From a virus (lineage: Duplodnaviria; Caudoviricetes), in the IMG/VR virus record IMGVR_UViG_3300028833_000098, positions 45,745-109,744 of that record: DNA of 64,000 bases. One strand, given 5' to 3'. This document shows positions 1 through 11,900 of the stretch, one piece after another (within the stretch, counting starts at the first letter, position 1; the number at the start of each line of letters is the position of its first letter). The notes under the pieces are model-generated. The model worked only from the letters and a program-made list of their open reading frames with translations. It had not been told where the DNA came from and did no database searches. A program made the translations under genes and the position numbers.

Positions 1-49
1 ATGAAAGACAATATCTTTCGAAATTTAAATCAAAAGGAGTGTTTTATTC

Positions 50-2287
50 ATGGCATACAATGTATCAAATATGAACAATGGCCACGGATCATGGTTCCAG
101 GAACAGATGAACATGATTAACAACTCATCTGCTGCAGAGCTGGATTCACTTAGCGACACTTTTGCTAAGAATTTTCAGGAAACAGTTACTGATATCGCCA
201 ACACATATAACGGCATCAACGTAATGAGAGATGCCAAGAAGATGATGGATAACCCCGAGATCATGCAGGAATACAAGGTACAGCTTCTTGATCCTATTCT
301 TGAGGAAATCCGTACAGCTGCTGCTGATCAGACAGACCCTGGTGAGAAGTTCCACCTTGAGAGCGTTGCAGATCAGCTCGAGTCTTCATGGAATGAAAGC
401 CAGAAGAGCTTCCTGGTACAGGAGTCTTATAACACAGCTACATATCTTCCTCTTTCAACTCTCGACTTCCCTGCTCTGATCAAGCAGTACATCAGATTCC
501 TTGGTAAGGATATCATCCCCGTACAGACTGCTTCTTCAACAAACATCGAGCAGCGTATATTCGTTAAGTATCTCGTAAACAACCAGACTGGTGAAGAGTA
601 TGAGGTACCTAAGGTATACTGGCAGAAGGAAGCTGACGGCACACCTACATGGAAGAAGCTCTGGAATGCTGGTAAGGGCGTAAGGATCAACGATAAGGAT
701 CCTATCATGCTTGCTGACATAGCTGCTGCTAAGAACAAGAAGTATGATATGTTCAATCACCTTCTCCAGGACAACGGTGAGGCATATCCTGAACAGGGTC
801 AGGCTGGTGCATTCGAGAAGACACTGAGAACTCGTCTCTCTTATGACTTCAACATCCAGTACGTTGCACTCGATGGCTCAACAGAGGATAGTTATTCAGC
901 TATCACATTCTCTGGTGCAGGTACAACAGAGTCTCCTTATTCTCCTGCATATGAGTCTGGTAAGTACTACACAAAGAGCGGCGAAGAATATACCGCTGTA
1001 ACTGGTGATGATGCTCCTGCAGACTGGGGTACAGATACAACTGGTAAGTACTACTCAAAGACTCCTGGTCAGACTGGCGTTAAGAAGGTTAAGCTCCCTG
1101 GTGCTGGTATCGCTATTGATATCCAGACTGGTGGTGTATTCCTTAACGGTGACTTCGCAGATGCTAAGCTTCCCGTTGTTGATCCTAATACAAATATTCC
1201 TACAGGTGAAGTTACAGATGCTATCAGCGATATGCTTTCTGGTCGTGTTGACTTCGTTAAGGGCACACTGACAGCTTCTTCATGCGGCACAATCGTAGGT
1301 CTCTATGTTTCTGGTCACATCTCAAACGAGACAAACCTCAGAACAATCGGCTTCAGAGAGTATCCTCTCATCCGTAAGTTCCTGATCTCCGATGGTTGCA
1401 GATTCCAGCTTCCTTTCACAGTTGAAGACTTTGCTGAGGCAAACGCTGCACTCAACTTCAACCTCTACAACAGACTCGTTCAGGAGCTCGTTGTTAACCA
1501 GGAAATGTTCGAGGATGAGTCAATCCTTGAGTACCTCGACGAGCAGTTCGAGATGTATGATGGTTACGATTCAGACGTATTCGCTCTCGAGAGCTATACA
1601 CATACTGAGTTCTGTGACCTTGATCCTACTTCCATTTCACCTACATTCGCAGGCGATCCTTGGGAGTACAGAACCAATGCTATCCACAACGCAATCAACT
1701 CTGTAATCTATGAGCTCTGCGATCGTGGTAAGCTTGAGAACCTTGGCTTCGTTATCTATGCTAACCCCAAGGCTTGTCGTCTCCTCAATAAGTTCGTAAC
1801 ATGGACTGTTAAGAAGAGCACAGAAATCGGTGGTGTTCAGATGAACCACAGCTTCGGTATCCTTACTGACAGCGATCTCCCGATCCGTGTTGTTGCTTCT
1901 AACCGTGTTGACGCTTACACACTCATCCCTGCATACCAGAAGGATGAGGAGGGCAATCCTCTTCCTGAGGGCACAATGTCTAAGGAGTACTTCTTCAAGA
2001 TCGTTGCTTATCCGATGGATAAGTTCCACATCTCCTACAAGCACCTCCGTTTCGCACGTCACCTCACAAATTCTCCTGAGAATGCTGGTTACGCTGATAT
2101 CAACAATCCTGGTGGTCAGGCAGTTCTTATCACAACCTCTGCTCAGTACAAGACAATCTCTGTACAGGGTATTCAGGGTCGTGTTATCTGCAAGAACACT
2201 GTTCTCGTTCCTGATATCAAGGCTGGTGTTACAACTCCTTCTAACATCACAGACGGTGGAGAAGACGGCGGCAACAGCATGCCTTAA
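50..2287 (+). CDS. Major capsid protein (jumbo phage), with probable cleaved N-terminal propeptide and a surface insertion
   Basis: 745 aa; SD AAGGAG; strongly biased codon usage; helical acidic N-terminus ending at LVQE-S, then PLSTLDFPALIKQY..KDIIPVQTASS as in AR9-like capsid proteins; followed by a terminator. Confidence 0.75.
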   Translation: MAYNVSNMNNGHGSWFQEQMNMINNSSAAELDSLSDTFAKNFQETVTDIANTYNGINVMRDAKKMMDNPEIMQEYKVQLLDPILEEIRTAAADQTDPGEKFHLESVADQLESSWNESQKSFLVQESYNTATYLPLSTLDFPALIKQYIRFLGKDIIPVQTASSTNIEQRIFVKYLVNNQTGEEYEVPKVYWQKEADGTPTWKKLWNAGKGVRINDKDPIMLADIAAAKNKKYDMFNHLLQDNGEAYPEQGQAGAFEKTLRTRLSYDFNIQYVALDGSTEDSYSAITFSGAGTTESPYSPAYESGKYYTKSGEEYTAVTGDDAPADWGTDTTGKYYSKTPGQTGVKKVKLPGAGIAIDIQTGGVFLNGDFADAKLPVVDPNTNIPTGEVTDAISDMLSGRVDFVKGTLTASSCGTIVGLYVSGHISNETNLRTIGFREYPLIRKFLISDGCRFQLPFTVEDFAEANAALNFNLYNRLVQELVVNQEMFEDESILEYLDEQFEMYDGYDSDVFALESYTHTEFCDLDPTSISPTFAGDPWEYRTNAIHNAINSVIYELCDRGKLENLGFVIYANPKACRLLNKFVTWTVKKSTEIGGVQMNHSFGILTDSDLPIRVVASNRVDAYTLIPAYQKDEEGNPLPEGTMSKEYFFKIVAYPMDKFHISYKHLRFARHLTNSPENAGYADINNPGGQAVLITTSAQYKTISVQGIQGRVICKNTVLVPDIKAGVTTPSNITDGGEDGGNSMP

Positions 2288-2318
2288 TCGTACATAAAGT
2301 ACATGAATAATTAAAGTG

Positions 2319-2340
2319 GACGGGGGCAACAGCCCCCGTC
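2319..2340. terminator. Intrinsic terminator between convergent genes
   Basis: GACGGGGGC-AACA-GCCCCCGTC followed by a T-rich tract. Confidence 0.8.
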
Positions 2341-2347
2341 TATTATT

Positions 2348-2884
2348 TTACACTGTTTCTAAAAAATTCTCTATCATTGCTAAACACATTTTAATTACAT
2401 ATTCAGGTTCTATATCAGAATATGTTTCTAAGGTATTATCTATAATACTTCGCGTGGAATCCCTTCTTGCGATTTTAAGATTCTTTGATAATAAAACCTC
2501 CATATTGATATTTTCTAATATGGTTTCTCTCATTGCTTTTGATTCTTCAGGTGAAGGTAATCTAAACTCTTTTAAAAGATTTTTTGTTTTAATAACATTA
2601 TCAAGTTTCTTTTCAACGTTGTCGATACCACTGGATAACGATCCTATGTTCTTATTGATTATGGTAAGAGCCTTCTTATAATCATTATCCATATTGAATA
2701 ATTTATCATCTGAATTATCTTGGTTTACTTTCAATTGGTATACTGAGAAAGTCAATGATGATATTATGTCATTATTTTCTTTTTTCATTCTTAAAATAAT
2801 GACGAAGAGAACTGATGTCAATATCAGTAAAATGGATATGGCGACCAGCATGATTATTAATAAACATAAACAATTTGTAGACAT
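2348..2884 (-). CDS. Membrane-anchored coiled-coil hypothetical protein
   Basis: N-terminal hydrophobic helix (aa about 5-31), then heptad-like region; SD AAGGAGG. Confidence 0.65.
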   Translation of the reverse strand: MSTNCLCLLIIMLVAISILLILTSVLFVIILRMKKENNDIISSLTFSVYQLKVNQDNSDDKLFNMDNDYKKALTIINKNIGSLSSGIDNVEKKLDNVIKTKNLLKEFRLPSPEESKAMRETILENINMEVLLSKNLKIARRDSTRSIIDNTLETYSDIEPEYVIKMCLAMIENFLETV

Positions 2885-2928
2885 AATGGATCCTCCTTAA
2901 AAATATAAAAGATTGGAAGTGTTATTAA

Positions 2929-4512
2929 ATGAACAGTACTGTTATGAATACTATTAAAGCTATGATCGAACATAAGAAATATTCTGTTATAACCGAATAT
3001 GCGAATGTTGTTCATGGAAAGAATAACTTATTTGTTTCTGAATATGGTGGAAACAATGTAAGACTATACAAGGACAACGATAACAATGTACGAGTTCTCT
3101 GTCCTAAGAACATGGATACTGTACAGGAAGGTTACTTGGCAAAAGCTATTGCCGATGGATCTGTGTTTGATGATGCTGATGATATTGATAAGAATGCTTC
3201 AGTTATCGAGAGAACTTCAATCCCTTATGATGCAATGATCAATGTTGGTAAAGAACCTCCTAAGAACCTTAAACCCATGATCGCTATCGTAGTTGGTAGA
3301 ATGGGTGATGATGGTTCATTTAGTGTTACTGATGCTGACAGAACCAACGGCGTTAATTTCGTTAAGGATGTAACTGCTGCTAATGCAAATGGTGATTCTA
3401 TAAATGGTGTAGTTGACAATTATCTCGAAAAGGATAAGGAAGGTTTCTATACACCTGATATCGGTAAAAATATATCAGGACTCAATAATGAGCTTGATGA
3501 TGTAAATGATACTGATCCCGGCGATGTTGTATCTGATGATGATACAGTTGATTCATACGATGATTATGATATGGATGAATTCGAACGTGATCCTGATGCG
3601 CCTGATGAGGAACCCAGCAATCCTGAAGAGGATGGAGTAAACGATGTTCCTCCTGCCGTTGATCCTGATGCTGATTCAGCATCTGATGCAGAAGATGATG
3701 CAGATGAGACAGATAAGACAGAAGAAGTTGAAGAGTGTGGTGACACTAATACTGTTGAAGAATGCGGTAATAACTGCGTTCCCACAACTACAACTGAATC
3801 TGATGAAACTGGTGAGGAAACATTGAGTGCATCAATGGACAATAATGAAGAGACCGAACCTGCTGCACCTGAGGAAGATCCTATAGCTACAGATGTTGCT
3901 AATGGAATAATCGCAAGATATAAACGTGTATCCGAGTGTGGTAATAACTGTGTTCCCACTGGTAAGGCGGTTGTTCAGGAAGATGATATCGACAATGCTG
4001 AAACACCTTCTGATCCTGAAATAGATACACCAACTGATTCTGCAGTTGAACCTACAACAGAACCTGCTAGTGATGTTGTATCTGAAGATGGCGCACCAAC
4101 AGAGGAAACCACCGCTGATGGTTCAGTTAACAAATCACCAATGCCTATGTCGGCTGAGACAAAAACTATCGCAAACAACCAGATGCATCAGGAAGGTTTC
4201 TTAACAAAGAAGCCCAAAAAGCTAAAACCCATCGGAAGAGACGTGGTAGCATACATAACTTGCGAGATGAATGATATACATTCAGCAAATGATCAAGCTA
4301 TGTTAGCCGGTTATACTTGCTCTAAGATAGAACTGGTAGATTGGTACATCACCGTACTTGATACTCAGGATCCTAAGTATATCGTACCTCATACACGTCA
4401 ATATCTCGTAACTATTAAAGCACAGCTCGAAAGCCTGCTTGCACAGATATTGAAGATTCGTCCTATCAATAGGACTGATCAGATTTGGCGTGTTAACTAC
4501 CCAACAGTATAA
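2929..4512 (+). CDS. Acidic, largely disordered virion head / scaffold-like protein
   Basis: 527 aa; D/E/P-rich centre; repeated ECGNNCVPT; several xQE/xEE motifs; folded C-terminal domain after MHQEG; near the capsid gene. Confidence 0.5.
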   Translation: MNSTVMNTIKAMIEHKKYSVITEYANVVHGKNNLFVSEYGGNNVRLYKDNDNNVRVLCPKNMDTVQEGYLAKAIADGSVFDDADDIDKNASVIERTSIPYDAMINVGKEPPKNLKPMIAIVVGRMGDDGSFSVTDADRTNGVNFVKDVTAANANGDSINGVVDNYLEKDKEGFYTPDIGKNISGLNNELDDVNDTDPGDVVSDDDTVDSYDDYDMDEFERDPDAPDEEPSNPEEDGVNDVPPAVDPDADSASDAEDDADETDKTEEVEECGDTNTVEECGNNCVPTTTTESDETGEETLSASMDNNEETEPAAPEEDPIATDVANGIIARYKRVSECGNNCVPTGKAVVQEDDIDNAETPSDPEIDTPTDSAVEPTTEPASDVVSEDGAPTEETTADGSVNKSPMPMSAETKTIANNQMHQEGFLTKKPKKLKPIGRDVVAYITCEMNDIHSANDQAMLAGYTCSKIELVDWYITVLDTQDPKYIVPHTRQYLVTIKAQLESLLAQILKIRPINRTDQIWRVNYPTV

Positions 4513-4526
4513 GGAGGGATAAATCA

Positions 4527-5099
4527 ATGGATGTAAAGAATCTTTCTATGACAACAACCGTAGAGAACAATAAAAATCTCTTCGAGGATGTTGCTAAAGA
4601 ATATAATAAAGCTAAAGATGTATTCCGAGTTCAATACAAAATACTGAACTATGATAAGATAATAGATGAACTCATATCTTATCTGGACGGATACAAGAAA
4701 TATGCTGATAACGGTTCGGATAAATATAAAGGAAAGGTACTCACAATATCAAGAGCATTTTTCGACAAAATGTTTACTGATAAAGAGTATAAAAGAAAGA
4801 TCAACCTTTCGGAATTCAGAGAGATCAACTTCAATTATCTTAAGAGAACCAAGGAGCTCCAATCCGTAGTAGAATCTACATTGAAGGATGCTGAATCAAA
4901 TGGAGAATTGAATTCTCTGATAAGAATGATAGATAACCAGTTTAAGAAACTGGCAAAGGTTAACCGAGATGATATGAAGATCTATCTTTGGATCGTTAAT
5001 TCGGATTCAACATTCTTCAAGTTTAAGCTTGACGAAAAGACAAGAAAAGCGTATTATGATAAATCCTCTCCGGTAATGCATAAAGTCGTTAAGAAGTAA
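4527..5099 (+). CDS. Hypothetical protein
   Basis: 190-aa ORF with SD AAGGAGG, in operon. Confidence 0.6.
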   Translation: MDVKNLSMTTTVENNKNLFEDVAKEYNKAKDVFRVQYKILNYDKIIDELISYLDGYKKYADNGSDKYKGKVLTISRAFFDKMFTDKEYKRKINLSEFREINFNYLKRTKELQSVVESTLKDAESNGELNSLIRMIDNQFKKLAKVNRDDMKIYLWIVNSDSTFFKFKLDEKTRKAYYDKSSPVMHKVVKK

Positions 5100-5111
5100 G
5101 GTGGTGATGAT

Positions 5112-5870
5112 ATGAATATATCGGATGTAATAAACGATATTAAATTATCACAAGGACTTCAAAACATTGCACTTCCATTTGATGAACCTGTTGAAAATGT
5201 TATTGGGGAGATATTACGAATGACAGTTCGTGAATACTCTGAATTCAAACCATATAAACAGGAATGCTTTGCTGTAAAAAAGAATCTCAGATCTCCTAAT
5301 GAGATTGCTAAAAAAGAAGGAATATTCTTCTTACCTGAAGAATGTACTCGGGCTCCTGTTAAAGATGCTAAAGCTGAAATAACTGGATCAACTCCTGATG
5401 ATGCAATGGTTACTACAAATACATTCACTGTTGGTACACCATTTGTGGGTTTTGGTTCATATTATCCTCAGGACATTCTGAATGCACAAATGACAGGTGC
5501 TGCAATAAACAAATATTCTGGTTTATCATCACAATTGCCTAACTCGGAATATCTTGGTTATAACAAAATCAAGTTATATAATTTCCCTGAGCAATGTTTC
5601 ATCAAGTTCACTGTGGAAAGAGTTCATGACTATTCATTGGAGACTCTTCCTGATACTTGCTATGAGACATTCGTTGAACTGGCAACGTTGGATGTGCAGC
5701 GTACATTATACAACCAGATTAAAAACATGCAAAATGTTGGTTCTGCATTTAAAGAAATTCAATTAAAGATTGAAGACTGGTCTGGTGCAGAAAAAGAACA
5801 AAAAGCATGGATGGAAAAATACCGTGGTACATTCCATCTTGATAAACCCGATCTAATTACGTTCTTCTAA
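5112..5870 (+). CDS. Putative neck / head-completion protein
   Basis: 252 aa; lies between head genes and tape measure; C-terminal FVELATLDV..EIQLKIEDW resembles myovirus neck proteins. Confidence 0.45.
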   Translation: MNISDVINDIKLSQGLQNIALPFDEPVENVIGEILRMTVREYSEFKPYKQECFAVKKNLRSPNEIAKKEGIFFLPEECTRAPVKDAKAEITGSTPDDAMVTTNTFTVGTPFVGFGSYYPQDILNAQMTGAAINKYSGLSSQLPNSEYLGYNKIKLYNFPEQCFIKFTVERVHDYSLETLPDTCYETFVELATLDVQRTLYNQIKNMQNVGSAFKEIQLKIEDWSGAEKEQKAWMEKYRGTFHLDKPDLITFF

Positions 5871-5886
5871 TAACCATATGGTTTAT

Positions 5887-5914
5887 TATGATGGGGACAT
5901 CAGTCCCCATCATA
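5887..5914 (+). terminator. Stem-loop / terminator
   Basis: TATGATGGGGAC-ATCA-GTCCCCATCATA. Confidence 0.65.
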
Positions 5915-5948
5915 TAAGCCTCATCTATATAATAAGGAGGTGAATGTA

Positions 5949-8900
5949 ATGGCCCGTAACTTAGTTACACAGACATTAAATATTCTCCAAGGTGGCGTCA
6001 AAGAAGCTGGTAAAGATTATTTTTCTAATATGATATCTTTCTACAATGATGCCAAAAATGTTAAGAATACACTGATAAATTCCGGTACGGATGTATCAGA
6101 TACGTTTGCTCGTTTAAAGAGAACCAATGTTACTAAAGCTATTTCGGATTGGTTCTACCAGGAAGAATCTTCTTCTGAGATGGAGCTCAATGGTAACACA
6201 GATGAATTCGATCCCGGATTTAAAGGTTCTGATTCTGATAGTCCAAAATTAGACGGTGAATCAAGTAAGCCATCTGGTCTTACTGTTGATGCTATGATGA
6301 ATATCTCCAATAAGCAAACAAATGCTATATTGAAGGTAGGTCGTCGTCAGAACGAACAGTCAGTGGCTAACACCGCAGAAATCATTTCTACAATCGATAC
6401 TCGTTCTGCAGAAATGATTACTTCTTTGAATAATATCAACAAGACACTGTTGGGAATCAGTAGCCGTCTTGATAAGATCATCGAATTACAGGCTGTTCCA
6501 CTCACAGATCAAAAGGAAATTGATAAGGGTGGTCTCTATCAGGATGGTAATCTATCGCTGATGAGAATCTTTGAAGCTACAAAACAAAATGTTTTGACAA
6601 CCGGACCAATGTCATTATTGACAACTGGTATCGATATGCTTCGTTCAGGAGCATTGACACCAACGGCTCTTGCTGGTATTGGCATCAAAGGCCTTGCTGG
6701 TAAGATAAAGGTTAACGGTAAATCATTCGATGATTGGGGTAATGCATTCAATGAGTTGATTGGAACTGCAACCCAAACGGCAATGAATGAAATGATCAAT
6801 TCCAATTTCTTCCAAAAATACATTGGTAAGATAACTGGATTTGAAGGTAATAAGGATTATGGAACGATAGTCCCAAATCATTATGATAATAAACGTGCCG
6901 TGTTTGACGGAATGACAAGACAATCTATTGTCAATGTAATTCCGGAAATGCTTGCTAAGATCAATGAGTCATTATCAGGTCAATCATATTCACTTGATAG
7001 TCGTGGTAAATGGGTAGCTGGTCCTGCGAAGAATGAGTTCAATGAAGTAACGCGTGCTTCATTTGGTAGCTCTGGTCTCAAGGATAATACTATAAATTCA
7101 ATTTCCAATGCTGGTGTACAGAGTATTGGAAAGAAGATACCAACGGCTGATATTGAAAAAGCTGCAAAGGCTCTCACGATGACCATCGTTATGGATCAAC
7201 ACGCTAAGGGTGATCGTGCATTTACAATATCACAACTCAAGGGTGATTTAACAAACCAGGTCATTCAGGCATGTGAAGTATTGTCAATGACAGGTGGAGA
7301 TCCAAAATACTGGGCAAAGGTTTGTAATTCAATCATTATACAACTTTCATCTGGTATGATGGATGCTGCAGGTTTTGTTCGTAATGTAAATGACTCTGTT
7401 CAAAGGATGATAAATGAAGCTACTCAGTTTGCTCAGTCTGGTAAACAGAATGCTTCACAAGCAACAACGTTGTCATTCAATATGGCAGCTAACCAGTTCT
7501 TGGAACAATATGCACCTAAGGCAGAAACCGCCAAGATTGCTGAATCACATAACAAGGGTACTCTTATCGATGGTAAAAACATCAGAGTTGATGAAAGCAA
7601 TAAGGTTGGTAAATTCTCTGTTAATCAGTACATCGGAGGTATCTTCTATTTACTCAATAGAGGTATCAATGTTCGTATTGATAAAGACGGTTCTAAATAC
7701 GATGGTATTAATCTTGCTGATGTAAAACCTGACTCTGTACCATATGTATCTGATGATACGTTTGGCAAGATGGTCAAAGGTATGCTTGCTGGCAATAAAA
7801 ATGCCGTTAGTGATGCCGTTAAAGAAGAGATGGGTGTTGCTAAGAAGGAAAAAGGATTCATCAGTAAGATACTCGATAATCCTGCAATGCTTTTCAATTC
7901 ATTGACGAATATGTTCACTGGAGGTAGTGTAAATTTCCAGGGATTGAAAGACAAAGCCAAGAGTATACTTGGTGAAGAAAGATATAATGCCATCGCTGAT
8001 AAGCTCTCTGGTGTTAAAGATCGCATTACTCATGATGATAGATATATTGCAGCTAAACTTGCAGCAGAAGAAACTGTTGAAAAGTTAAAGAACAAGGGCA
8101 ATGAGTTATATGATAAATTTGGTCATACACGTATTGGAAATAATATGATGTATGCAAAGGATTCATTAAAACTCAAGGCTGCTGAAGATACCATCAATCA
8201 TATGAAAATTGATGATGAGATGGATCAAGAAGCTGTGTCAATCGCAAAGTATTATACAAGCAGAGGTATGCTTGATGAAGCAGCTTCGGCAGTATCAGGT
8301 ATAAAGAATGAGAATGTAAAAACTGCATTTTTGAACTTTGTAAGTATTCAGAAGAAGCGTTTACTTGGCCAACAAGCATTAGCCGAAGGAGAAACTCCTG
8401 ATATCGGATCAATATTAATTGAAAAAGATATCAAGGAGGGTAAGGATGGCAAGCCAGGTACAACCAATTCATTGTTATTCAAAATACTTGGTATAGTTGG
8501 TAAGATTGGTAAGTTCGTTGGTAATATGGCAACTCGTGGTATTACCAACATCTTCTATGGCTTGAAGTCAATGGGTCAAGCTTTGTTCGGTTATGAAGAC
8601 TTTGATCCTGTTAAAGGTATCAAGTACAAGAACAAAGGTATCTTTAGAAATCTTACAACTGAACTTGTCGCAGCTCAATGGAGAACAGCGAAGCATATAG
8701 TCAATGGCATCAGTAATCGAGTATTTGGTGAAGGTGATGCCGAATTCGTTGACGGAAAACTTGTTAATACCAAAAAGAAAACTCTTCATGAAAGATACAA
8801 TGATAAAATCGACAAACTCGCCAGAACCAAAAATATTGTGGATGAAAACGGTTTTGTCATTGACAGTGAAGAGAGTTGGCTGAATAAAACGGCAATAGGT

Positions 8901-11900
8901 TCCTATAGTCGTGAAGCAAAGTTTGTTGACGGAAAGTTCCAGGGATACGAACTTCGAAAAGACACTGCCATGACATATGCCGACACGTTGAAACATCCAA
9001 TTGAGGCTGTTTCCAAGGCTCTTGGAAACTTCAAACAGAATTTGGATTTCGTTGGTGAGAAAGCTGTTGAAGGAGTAAAGACAGCTATAACCGAAGTATC
9101 AGGTTTCCTCAAAAATCTGAAAACAAACATCGGAAAAGCATGGACAGGTTTCAAGAATACCAAGGTTGGTAATGCATTAACAAATAACAAAATCACAAGA
9201 GGATTCTTCTCTGGATGGAATCAAGCAAAACAGGCTAGACTTGAAAAGCAACAAAAGAAGAAGAAAGAAGAAGACAGATACGAGCATCCGCTTCAAGCAG
9301 AAATCGTTGATAGTATATCTCCTACAGAAGGACAAGCCACAGGCCATAAAAAGAAAAGCATATTCCATGAGATATATGAAAAGCTCTTCGGAAGTAAAAA
9401 TGATAGCGTAGTATCTCTGTTGAAGAAACAGGTTGACTTCCAGGAAGAAGAAGCTTCAGAAAATAAGAATAATACTACCGATGATGAATCTGGTAAGAAA
9501 AAGGGAATCATTGAAAGAGGCAAGGATTTCATAGCGTCAGCAAAGGCTAAAGTAACAAGCATGTTTTCATCTGAAAAGGACATTTCTCCTGCTGACGGTG
9601 CCGTTAGTGGTGGTGGCATGCTCAGCCATATCGGAAACACCTTAGGTAGTATGGCCAAGATGTTCGGTGGTTTCTTACAGATGTTTGCAGGTGTTGCTGA
9701 ACTGATTGGTTCGATAGTTATGAGTTTGGAGGGATTCCAAGCATTACGAGATCTTGTAAAGAGTATTCTCGTTGATGGTTTGAAACCTTTGAACGAAGTA
9801 TTCTATACAATCATAGATCTGATAAAACCTGTTACAAAGGTATTGACGAAGATAGTTAAGGTAATCGCTGAAACTATTAGTACAATAGCAAATGCAATTA
9901 TCGATACAATCTCGCCTATCATAGAAGCATTAGAACCAATATTTGATTCGTTGTTTAAGATACTATCACCTATTTTGAAAGTAGTTACAGTAATACTTGA
10001 CGTAGTACTTATGCCTATCAAGATGATACTCGAAGTATGTCAGCCTCTATTTGAAGGAATTGCATACAGAGTACAAGCTATTTCAGGTATACTTGAAATG
10101 GGCGTTGGCTTCTTGATGTCTGGCTTAGGAAAGATAATCACTGGTATCGGATTCGTTGCAGATCTATTGGGTAAATTCTTACCCGGTGATGACAAGGAAG
10201 TTGATGTTACTCTTGGTGAAGTAGGACTAAACATAATGAATGGTGCGGACGAGATGATGGATCAAGGTAAGCAAGACTTCCTCGAAGGTATCGAAGGTGC
10301 CTGGGGCAAACTTCTTGAATTCTTCACCGGTACACCATACGAAGGCAAGTCCAAAGAAGTTATTTCAGAAGCATACGGCGTTCCAGCTAAACTCGGCAAT
10401 GACTTCGGAGCTGGTGATGTTTATACAACAAACAACTATTACGGTTCAGGTAATCCTATGGATCAACACTCATACGGAAATTTCATGAACATGTCAAATC
10501 GTGGTTGTGGACCTGTTGCGCTTGCTGATGCATACGGTCGTCGTTCAGGTAACCAGGTTAATCCTGCATTACTCACAGGCGTAATGGGTGCAAGTGGAAC
10601 ATATGATCCTAGCAGAGGAACATCGGTTTCTTCGATGATGGCTATGGGTAATGCCATGGGAATGGGTATGCGTGCAGGTGGAGTTACTGCAGCTTCATTA
10701 CAGCAAGCATCTCCTACCAATCCAATCACAATTCTTGGTAGTGGTGCTGGATTCGGCACACGTAAAGGAAGCAATCACTATGTCAACGTGGTTGGTTCTG
10801 ATAAGAATGGTGGTACATATGTATCCAATCCATTAACAGGTAGAATCGAAAGACATTCAACAGGTAACATCGTTAACAATTCTAAACTCGGTCTATACGG
10901 CTCTGGTGACGATAGTGATCTATCAGAGTATGGATTCTCACAGGATGCACAGGATTCACTCAATCGTCTCAAGGAGATTACCAATAAACTCACTGGTATG
11001 TTCCTTGGTGACGATGATAGTACTACTCGTGCTAAGAACAAGAAGGCTGTTGAACATATGAAGAACACCCTCAAGAAAGAGGATTACGATGCTGTCGAAA
11101 CACAGGTTGTTGCTGAACTCAAGAATCGTTATCCAAAATATGAAGACGAAACCGACGATGAATATGAGAAACGTATAAGACTGAAACTCGTTACTCCCGA
11201 AGGTACTAAGTTACTTGTTAGCTTTGGTTCTGATAAGATGAAGAATACCGTTGAAGGTAGAATTGCATCACAGAATGAAGGAATCAACTCAATGATGGAG
11301 GCTGATAAAGCTTCTCGTGAAGCATTGTCTGCAGCATATGATTCATTTAAATCACAACTTGCATCATCGGGTGTTGAATCAGTTACAGGTGCCGAGATGG
11401 CAATGTTTGAACCAATCATTCATCTCACTCCAGAGCTTACAAAACAAGAAGCAAATGGTAGATACATTTCTTCACCTGTACATGACTTCTTTAATGCAAC
11501 GAGCGTTGAAGGTAAGGTTGGTGCCAATAGATCCGGTGGTGCAAAGGGTACTGTTTATAGTGCTGGCCGTGGTGGTTGGTTCGGTAATTACGGTGGTCCT
11601 CAAAACGACGAAGGTGTTGGTTCTACAGGTAAGGTTCATGAAGGTGTACTCCTTCATTATCTCAATGACGCTGGTGATGGTAATGCAGTAGCTAGAGCTA
11701 TAACCGGTGGTACAGTAACATACGTTACAAAGGATAAAGAAGGTGCTGGTAATGGTCTTGGTAATGCTGTAAAGTGGCGTGACTCTGGTGGTATGTATCA
11801 CTGGTACATGCATATGGCATCCATCGATAAGGATGTACAGGAAGGTACTAACATCGAACCAGGTCAGCTCATAGGTTACTTCGGCAAGTCTGGTCTATCG

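Noticed and set aside
1637-2329. 230-aa antisense ORF and the many other shadow ORFs inside long genes
   Set aside because: By-products of biased codon usage; no SD or recognisable motifs
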